The translations under genes were made by a program, and so were the position numbers. A DNA stretch of 60,950 nt, counting the filler, from Platydemus manokwari (lineage: Eukaryota): the NCBI GenBank assembly GCA_037951405.1. It is 5 parts of 5 records of this genome, joined end to end, with 100 filler letters (N's around TTAATTAATTAA, not from the genome) between each part and the next. Parts side by side here need not be neighbours in the genome. Positions count along the whole stretch, not along the records: positions 47,368 to 60,950 come from JBBMOY011680289.1; 4 more parts are not named here. One strand, given 5' to 3'. Under the pieces are notes generated by a model that had not been told where the DNA came from, searched no databases, and was given only the letters and a program-made list of their open reading frames with translations. Shown here one piece after another: positions 51,861-60,950 of this stretch (the first letter of the stretch is position 1; every line of letters starts with the position of its first letter).

Positions 51861-53227
51861 CCAAATGTAACAACCGTTTTGAATGAATATATCGCCATTT
51901 GTTTGATTTATATATAAAAAATAAAATCCAAGAAATTATACATTTAAATAAGTACAAGAACTTATTATCACAAAAAAGGTAAACTTTGAAAAATGGTTGT
52001 CAGTGGTTTTGGCAATTATTTTTAAATTTGATTATAATCTATTGTTTGCTGTATTGGTTTTTTCCCTGTTATTTTGCGAGCTATTTACCTTGATTGTATC
52101 GAATAATTTCTCATAAAAGGTACGCATTATAACTTTTTGGTCTTCAATAATAAACTTTTAACAAATTCGCTTGTATTTGATTCGCTAGGCATCTAGCAGA
52201 TGGACACGAAACGAATAATATCCTTATCACTTTTAAAATTTCCCAAAAGATTATTGAAGATTTTAGTATCTTGGTATGTTAGTTTCTTGTATTTGTGTCG
52301 TATTTAAAAACTACAAAAATCCAAAATTTAGAATTGCTTTGCTTATGTGTCTCAGTGTGCCACTAAAAAGTGGTTTTATGTTTTTTGAAGTCTTTAGTCT
52401 AATAAGTCTAATATGACATTCTAAATAAAAATATTTCTAAGATAATTGTTTTTTGCATTTAAATGAAATCTCCAAAATTGATATAATATAAAATCCGAAT
52501 GCTTAATAAAACTTAACATAGTCGACCAACAAAACTTTTACAAAGCATAATTGTAACTTCTTTCGTTAGACATTTAAAACCGTAACGGTAAATGTATCAA
52601 AAACATTCATAATATATGAATTATAACGACTAGATTAAAATGGTTTGAAATTTATTTTTTGTTATACTCGATAATAATTGATAAAATATTGTAATAAATA
52701 TCTCGTGAAAAGAAAAATAAACACTGTAATTAAAATAAAAACGATATTAACTTATCACAGACAAAAATTATTTAAATATCTAATAAGATGTTTAATTTCC
52801 TGAATATTTTAAAATTTGCATTTATTTTTAGACGAAAATAATTTTCCTATTCATTTTAGGTATTATTCGTCTACTAATATTTTAAAAGTAACTTGAAATA
52901 AAAATATAATTCTAACGAAATTTTATTTTCAAAATTCTTATTGTTTCATGTAAATATCAAAAATATTATTCAATTAACAATTCCCTATTTCACAATAAAG
53001 AATAGAATCTGTATGATTATAATTATCCGGTTTCATATGATGAGCCTCAAAATTATGTTGGTTTTTTGTATTATCCATACAATTTTATACCCAGAATTTA
53101 AAACTCAATGGTATAAGTAACGTGATTAAATAAATAAACACGTGGTATTTGTTTAAATAATTGATTGGCGGTTTATTGTAGATTTTCAAATAAATATTAT
53201 GACGGAATGTGCTTATAACTTAACTAA

Positions 53228-53312
53228 ATATAAAATCAAGTCATAAAATTATCTCATGCGCGAAAATTTATTATTACGAAAGTAGTTCATATGACTCTTC
53301 TTAACTTAAGCC
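53228..53312 (-). repeat. End of a dispersed MITE-like repeat, copy B
   Basis: The reverse complement begins GGCTTAAGTTAAGAA and contains TTTTCGCGCATGAGATAATTTT, matching 9941-10003. Confidence 0.65.
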
Positions 53313-55149
53313 ACAAATTTATTTACTTATTTTAATTCCATATTGGTCTTTTATCGAACCACCATGCAAATTATTATAAATGAAAGTCAATAATTTCAAT
53401 TCCAATCGATTATTTTTGTTCAATATTACTATAGTACATGCTTTGATGAAATTTTAAATGAAATATCAAAAATAAATTACCAACAATTCAATAATAAAAT
53501 TCAATAAAAGAAAAATATTATCGAAATAGAACATAGCAATCCGAGAAATTCGTGCATCAATCCAAACTCTTCATCTCGGAATGTAAGGTAATATGTCTTT
53601 CAACAGACATAAAAGTAGAGGGAAAAAAGAAAATTTTGTCAATCGATAATGTAATTCCCATGGTAAATGAAAATTAAAATAATTTCAATTTTGTCATCGA
53701 ACGAGACTGAGTTCACCAAAGAATTAGAAATGATATCAACAATACATAATAGTTTAACGTTGTAGGCCTTGAGCGGGTTATAATAAAAGTACCGTATTGG
53801 CCTATTTAGTAATATACCTATTTGGTTATGTTATTAAAATATAATAATATAAATCATAAAAGTGAAATTTTGGCTCAGCTTATAAAGAAAATAAAGTAAA
53901 TGATATTTTGTAGTGGTGAAGGAAATTTGGAGAAATTTTCCATTTCAACTCGAGTGATTATACTTCTTATAATAAAGGTATTTTTACTTTCAATTCCATT
54001 ATAGCACGATACCATGAAGACAGAATAAAAATCTTCACTGGTTATTGAGGCTAAACTATACAAAATTAAAAATTATTAAAAGCTTAGTTTGGAGCTACAT
54101 CAATTGTTTTGGTTTTAAAATTTCATAATCAATAATAAAAAAATTTAAATTCAATATCGCTCACTAGCTCGATGTAAAAGCAATAGTACAGTGTAGCAGA
54201 AATAATCGAATTTTTAATAATTTTTTAATCTCTTCAGCTATTGAATGATTTCAAATTTCATGTAATTCTGACTTAATTAGTTTCAGATCTAAAAGAGTTG
54301 AGATTTTAGTTTTATTTTTCGTCGCCGTTAGTACTTTTAAACTTGATTTCTCAAAAAATTTTAAAATACAGATCAAATAAATGATATATTTTCATTGTGT
54401 AAAATTATATGATATCTCGGTATTTCTGATCTGAGTGAATTAGTACATCACACTTCTGAAAGCATTCATTAGATTTAACTTATTTCGTAGCTTATATCAA
54501 TAAGTTTTCAATCCAGCAAGAATAGTTTTAAAGAATTTTTTTTTAATAGTACTATACATTTTATAATCCGTATTTTACTTAATAAATGATTGCATTTTAA
54601 GAACATATTTGAAGTCGACTTTGAAATGAAATATTAAAACGAATAAAGAGAATTTTATTAAGTTTTAAAATCTGCATAGAAGATTAAACTATTTCTTGCT
54701 TTCAAATTTCGTTTTTTAATTGCGACTTTTGTTGAAATTAATCAGCTTATAAAGGCAAAATTCTTGCAGAAAATTGAAATCTATCTTCTGAGTATATTAG
54801 GAAAAAAATAGATTGAATTTCTTTTCTTACACTTTTTTAAAATGAGTAGTTTAGTACAGATTTGATTTTTTTATTGTTTTTATTAACTTTTTATTATCAT
54901 ATTTTTTAATATTTGATTACTTATCATTTTTATCAGCAATATTCTTGACTTACAATGTGCTATAAAAGATTTGAATCAGTTTCCTAAAATGAGTTAATTC
55001 CGTTTTGAACAGACTTGGAATATGTGAGGGAACATGTAAATATAGGAAAATGCATAAAAAATTCAATGATTATGGAAAGGTAATCCGCTAAATAGAATCC
55101 ATCAATTAAGGAATTATTCAATTCCGATTCTTAAGTACTCTATAGTATA

Positions 55150-56480
55150 AAATATTAAAATCATGAAAACCAAAAACGATCCTCAATATCTCAAACGAAG
55201 ACCTAGATCCTCTAATAATACAAAGCAGAGAAACTATTCGACAAAACAGTAGTGGTCAGGCAAGTAAATTCACGAATCATTACCAATGTAGACATCACAA
55301 AGATGATAAAAGATAAAGTTCAATTCAGCGTCATGCATAAAACACTATCTAAACCGATAATGTATATATAAATCCAAAATATCAAATGTTGAAGGAAATA
55401 ATTGTCGAAAAATATCAACAGCAAAGAAATCCTTAGGGAATGGCAGTCCTACCAAACTATTTTTATTCTTAAATCGATGATTGAAGGCGATTATGAAAAC
55501 ATTGCTTCATGGAAAGCAATAATACTTCTCAATTGTGCTTACACAAAATTTTCAATGATGAGTATCGGAACTTAAGAATGGAAGGAGCATAATTTGATTA
55601 TTCTACCTTGAAGGAATAATATCGGAACCGATACAATTTAGTGCTGTGCGTTCCATCAATGTGTCAGCAATAATCCATAAATTACAAATAAATGAAGATT
55701 CCTTCAATTATCCAAAGTTATATTTCAAATTCGAAACAGGAACCACAAATTAAATGTTAGGTGAAAAGCATATAATCGTACATCAGGGTGTCTAAATCAT
55801 TAACCACAAAAATTATTTATTAGGCTATATGAATGGATAATACAAGTAGCTTATTAATCATTACGAAATTCAAGCTTTACTAAACAAAAGTAAAATGTAT
55901 ATCAATATGATGAGATATAAATTCAAGCCAAAAATTGTGGACAAAACAATTTGATCTATTTGTATAAAGGGTTGAAGAGATACCATAATCAAGCAACGAG
56001 GATCACTACTACACTAGAGTCAATATATTATCACAACTTTATTCAACAGGTAAAAATTTAATGAATATATGACATTCATATATCCAAAATCATCTAAGTA
56101 TTCAATTTCAGACTCGAGGAAATATGAAAGAAATTTATAGAAAAAATTCAACTAATCATTTTCTACAAATTTCAATTAAATATAGTTGATACATATTCAA
56201 ATCAGTGAGATATAAAGATTCAATATATTCAAACCAATCAATCCCAAAGACAATTGTTTCAGAAGCAGCAACCTTTGGCCTTATCGCAACATTGGCATCA
56301 AAAGAGTTTTTATCTGACTAAATCAAAATTTCAGTTCCCATTAACCAGGTCAAAAATTTCAATCTCATAACTTCCAAGTTTGTCTTGAATAAAATTCCAA
56401 TTAGGACCGACATGTGCGAGAAAAATATACAACCTTGAATAGTAACAATAATAGATAAGTAAGAGAATAGGAAATGGAAT
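55150..56480 (+). mobile_element. Degraded non-LTR retrotransposon (RT fragment; boundaries approximate)
   Basis: 55417-55554 translates as EILREWQSYQTIFILKSMIEGDYENIASWKAIILLNCAYTKF, matching the non-LTR RT start IP..W....T.LIPK....D...WRPI.LLN..YK.F. The surrounding A-rich, stop-riddled sequence is consistent with a decayed ORF. Confidence 0.55.
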
Positions 56481-58742
56481 AGTTGGGCCTTAATTATGAT
56501 AATTAAATAAGAATAAAATATTAATAATAAAATAATTAATAATCAAAATGATTAATGATAAAAGTATATAAATAGTTTTGTGAATATTTACTAAATATAA
56601 AAAATTTAATCATAAATGAAATTGAACCGAGAAAAACATGTGGTAATTCTCACTGTAAGGATTTATAGTGAATTGAAATTTGTAAAATTTTTAAATCAGA
56701 TTTTTATAAAATATTAATTTGTTTGAATGCGTGCTTTATAAAATAGTAGTGGCTTACACTCACAATAAGTTGAGAATAAGCATAAGTCGAAAGATCACTT
56801 TTAATACCACACGCAAGAACGAGATCAATTAATTTAGAGTCATATAAATGAACCACACACAAACACACCACAAAGTTTCGAAGTTGACATTACTTAGAAG
56901 AATATTCTATTGAAACAAGAAGACTGTATGATTATTAAAGATGATCCAGTTTTTTCGATCGGAGATTAGCACAGATTTATTTTTAGCTTAATTGCTACTA
57001 ATAAGCTTTGGTAAACATAATTTATTAATGACGTTTATATTTTGCCATAATTTTTATTGCGTAATTGCTTAACATTCTTATATTCTCACTCTTCTCCGTC
57101 CACTTAGGACTTCTAATAACTATCTCACGAGACGCATCGGGTATCGTAGCAATTTTTTATTATTTTGTTGCTCACGTATCTGCAGTCTTCTAAAATAAAA
57201 CCTAATGTTTGAAATATTCTTGTCGCTTATATAGCGACATCAATTTAATTTTGTAAACGAAATTATTTTTGTTTAAATTAAAATCTTAAATCTAATATTA
57301 ATCCTATAATTATATTTAACCATTACATTATTTTACGACTTACATATATTACATTGACAGGTTGATTTTAAAATAATTGTATTCAGCATTCCAAGCATTC
57401 AATCGGAACCAATACACAATATTAACCACTCAACCATATCAAACAAGACCCTCTCGCGCATCAAATCTGTTCCAATTTGCTCTATCCCGAGTACCTCTCA
57501 CCACTTATATATAATATTTATATTTTTATCTACAGTGATACCTTATCTCTTGTTTGTATTTCATAGAGCTTGATGTATATTTATTTTGACTTTTTAACTT
57601 TTAACCTTTTTTTAACCTCATTTCACAGAAAAAACTCGCATTAAGTGGTTAAAGAGCATTATCAAAGGTTCATAACTAATTTAAATAAATAAAATAAACT
57701 AAATCATCTTTGATAACTTAGATGTTTAATACTTTGCAAAAGAACATTAAGCAGTTCATAAAGTCAAATAATTTTAAAGATAATTAAATAAATTTCTATT
57801 TCACCATCGAGGTTACATGCTTTAACATTAAATTTCATTAAAATATGGGAGTTATTAGAAATTTCTTAAGTTTTCAGTGATATAATTATGTTTATCTTTA
57901 TATTAATATAATCAACTTTTATCAAAATAATGATAAAATGAAATTGATAAAATGAAATTAATTACATGATTGTTTTTCCGGTCTAAAATTTGAGATTTTA
58001 TGCAAAGCTATAAAAAGATTAATAATGATTTCAGTTTAGAAATATTTTCAGTAGAAGTTAGTTAGACTTTTCAATTGGACTCTGGAAAGTCTATTTTTAA
58101 TTTCTAGTACTACATTCATAAAGCATGTAAATTAACTTTGTAGATTTTAAATATTTATGCCATAAGCGAGTTCTCAACTTTAAAATCTCACAAATCATAC
58201 GGTTGCAAGGATTTTTAAACTTCAATAAAATATATAATTTTATTATCAAATTAATTATCAATATATAACAAGAATGTGATTTTTAAATCCGAATAATATA
58301 AAATAATCTTTAGTTACTAATAGGAAATTTTTAAAATAGAGATTGTGAACTTTTATAAATATCAGTCAATTGAGCTGCAAATATTCCAGAATGTGCAATG
58401 CATTTCGAGATGTTTGACATTTACGGTATTTCTCGAGATTTTTTCTCGGAATTATTTTTCATTAATATTGAGCACTACCTTTATTAAATTAAACTTTTCA
58501 AATAATTTATGTCGTTCATATAATTATTTGTAAATAGTGCACAATAATATAATTATATTTTTAATAACTTTAGAACTTACTTTTAAATAATTAAAATAAA
58601 TTATTAAAAATGGGAATTATTTTATTTATAGATACATTCTTTTAATGTTTGTTTTATTAATTTATTATTTGTTCAACAAATCAACTTATAATCAAACTTT
58701 AAAAAGAATTTACAGATTTAACGTGTTTACAACAGTGTAACG

Positions 58743-59581
58743 ATGTTAAAGAGAAATTTGCTCCAAAATTTAAACGATTTAAGATCAGGCGTAAAAGATT
58801 TTAGTTAGAATATTTTGTATTGTTATATGTTTTAGTCTCTTTCATCAAAAACATTTATTAAATATCAGCATGTTACTAGTGATCTGATTAAAAGATTAAA
58901 ATTAGATAGAGAACTCAAGGTTGGTATTTTCTAAGTTTGCAATGATATTTTATCAACTATTAGGGACATGATGGTTGTGTTAATTGTTTAGAGTGGAATG
59001 AAACTGGCGAATTGTTAGCTAGTGGTTCAGATGATACCCATGTAATGATTTGGGATGCGTTTAATTATAAACGAGTTGCAGACATTGATACTTTCCATAA
59101 AGGAAATATATTTTCTGTTAAGTTTATGCCAAAATTTAATAACACGAAACTAGCATCAGGAGCTGCCGATTCGTGTGTGAAAGTGATTGATATATCTCAA
59201 GAAACAACAATTGAAAATTATTTCTGTCACGAAAGTCGAGTTAAAAGATTGGCTGTCAGTCTAAACGACCCCTATTTGCTGTGGTCGTGTTCCGAAGACG
59301 GAACTGTTCGTCAATACGACATTCGTGAAAGTTCAAATGTGAGTGAAAAAATAACGGTGGTGATATTGGTTTTATATTGAATCTATGCAGTCACAGAATA
59401 CTGCCCAAGCTTCTAATGTTCTCATCAATCTCAATTCTCATATTGGTTCGAATTCCGAAGTAAAGTGCCTTGCTATTAATCCGGTTCGATCAGATCAATT
59501 GGCGGTCGGTAGCAATGATCACTATGTGAGATTATACGACCGAAGAAAGCTCAGTCTGAAATCATATCAGACAAGCGAAAA
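58743..59581 (+). CDS. WDTC1: WD and tetratricopeptide repeats protein 1 (DCAF9/adipose) orthologue, 5' part
   Basis: Exons 58743-58790, 58836-58919, 58964-59338, 59391-~59581. The protein HVTSDLIKRLKLDRELK/GHDGCVNCLEWNETGELLASGSDD...NIFSVKFMP...GAADS...HESRVKRLA...WSCSEDGTVRQYDIRE...VLINL...EVKCLAINP...LAVG...VRLYDRR is colinear with the WDTC1 N-terminal WD40 repeats. TPR and C-terminal exons were not found in the window. Confidence 0.88.
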
Positions 59582-59893
59582 GTGCGATTTATCATTATTT
59601 AATATTTGAATATTGGAATTTGAATGAGAATGCGATAAATCGATGATTTCAGAATTTTAAAAACCATTTGAAAACATCCACGGTTACGGTTAAATTTGAT
59701 TTTTTAAAGTGTCCGGATGTTTTTTTCGCGGGGAGGGGCGTCGATAAATCTTTCAATCGATATTTACTTACACTGTAACCGGATAAAATTAGCTTTGCTT
59801 TAAACCTAATCCCTTTGTCAGCAATAACATACAAATCTCAATAAACATTTTTTAAAAAATACTGCGATCTTTATCAAAAGATATACAAAGGGA

Positions 59894-60379
59894 TCAAGAT
59901 TCTGTGAAATTAGAATTGTTGATATCCTTTCCATATAGGATGTTATGAGTGAGAATAAAAATATTTGTGCAAAAGAAGTCGAAAAGGTTTATACTGTTGC
60001 TACAAATCATGGTTTGTCTCAGTAATGACCTTTTAAATTTTGTTTGTGCGTTGTTTAGCACAAAATACGTTAAATATTTATATACAAACATTAACACATA
60101 AATAACATGATTATAGGTTTTTGATGAATTCATTTTTAAATTTGTTAACGTACATCTGAGGGTTTGTGAAATATTAAAATTGAATTGTGGTGTCAATTTG
60201 AAGAAAATATTTAATATTATGAAATGATTGATTGGCGATATTGAAGGGATTGACCAATAATAATCGTTTGATAAATTCTCATTCGTATGACTCATCATTT
60301 TACAAATGCCTTTTAAAAATTGCAACATGAAGAATATCAGTACTACGAAAAAACTATAATTTGCTATTAATTTAAACAT
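59894..60379 (-). CDS. Hypothetical orphan ORF antisense to WDTC1, with an N-terminal hydrophobic segment
   Basis: Stop-free frame of 168 codons (161 aa from ATG 60379) in very AT-rich DNA; no recognisable domain. Confidence 0.25.
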   Translation of the reverse strand: MFKLIANYSFFVVLIFFMLQFLKGICKMMSHTNENLSNDYYWSIPSISPINHFIILNIFFKLTPQFNFNISQTLRCTLTNLKMNSSKTYNHVIYVLMFVYKYLTYFVLNNAQTKFKRSLLRQTMICSNSINLFDFFCTNIFILTHNILYGKDINNSNFTES

Positions 60380-60950
60380 ATATTTTTCAATGTTATACAA
60401 TTTGTTGTTGAATTTTCACCTGCTTAATAAATCACGTGATCTAATTCTTAGTAAAATTCATTTTAAAATAATTTCTCAAACATTGTACTGCACCAAATAT
60501 TTCAAATTGGATCATTTTTCTATTGTTGATACGAGTTATAGAGAAATTCATTTTCTCTTATTGCTCTAAAAGTGCATTTTGCAATGCGCTGGAAATGAGT
60601 AAATATTAATAAATGAATTGGGTAGATTGCATTTCATAAATGTTATAATATTTGATTATATTCATTAAATTACTTTATATATTGTTTTCTGGATTGATTT
60701 GGTTTGATGATAGAAAGCCGGTATTCAATAAATACAATGACAGCCATTGATTATAGAATTCTATATGTTTTTGTTTCTTTAATTAAGTTGGTTTATCTAA
60801 ATAGGTTTGAAAATGTCCGAAAATGATCATATGTTCATCATCTCATATATATTTGTGATTTTGAAAAATTGTTATAGTGAGATATTATTTATATTCAATT
60901 TTTAATTTTATATTTTAATATTCCTTATTAGTATTTTTCATTATATTATT

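Noticed and set aside
57221-57239. Hairpin TGTCGCT-TATAT-AGCGACA
   Set aside because: An isolated 7-bp stem; possibly transposon-subterminal, but I could not define TIRs or a TSD around it.

Overview
Very AT-rich eukaryotic (animal) genomic DNA. Short 45-100 bp GT-AG introns, the gene set and the transposon content fit a free-living flatworm (planarian-like), but this is inference. The window is five contigs joined by four artificial 100-bp spacers (N44-TTAATTAATTAA-N44), so gene order across the joins is unproven. Six protein genes can be supported: (1) a SynGAP/DAB2IP/RASAL2-family RasGAP on the minus strand, reconstructed from short exons the ORF track mostly misses and apparently running off the left edge; (2) a complete five-exon secreted CAP/SCP (venom-allergen-like) gene; (3) a two-exon TCF21/musculin (MyoR) bHLH gene; (4) DNA polymerase epsilon catalytic subunit with a 6.36-kb exon; (5) an intronless divergent class A GPCR; (6) the 5' part of WDTC1. 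The intervening DNA holds transposon debris: two hAT MITEs with 8-bp TSDs, two mariner halves, a pogo/Tigger remnant with a nested 52-bp hairpin of its own family, a Gypsy integrase/PPT remnant, candidate solo LTRs and LINE RT fragments. I found no convincing new multi-gene system. The best leads are the POLE structure and start site, a long orphan ORF antisense to WDTC1, the self-nested mini-transposon, an RFX X-box at the RasGAP gene and a possible GAP-less RasGAP isoform.
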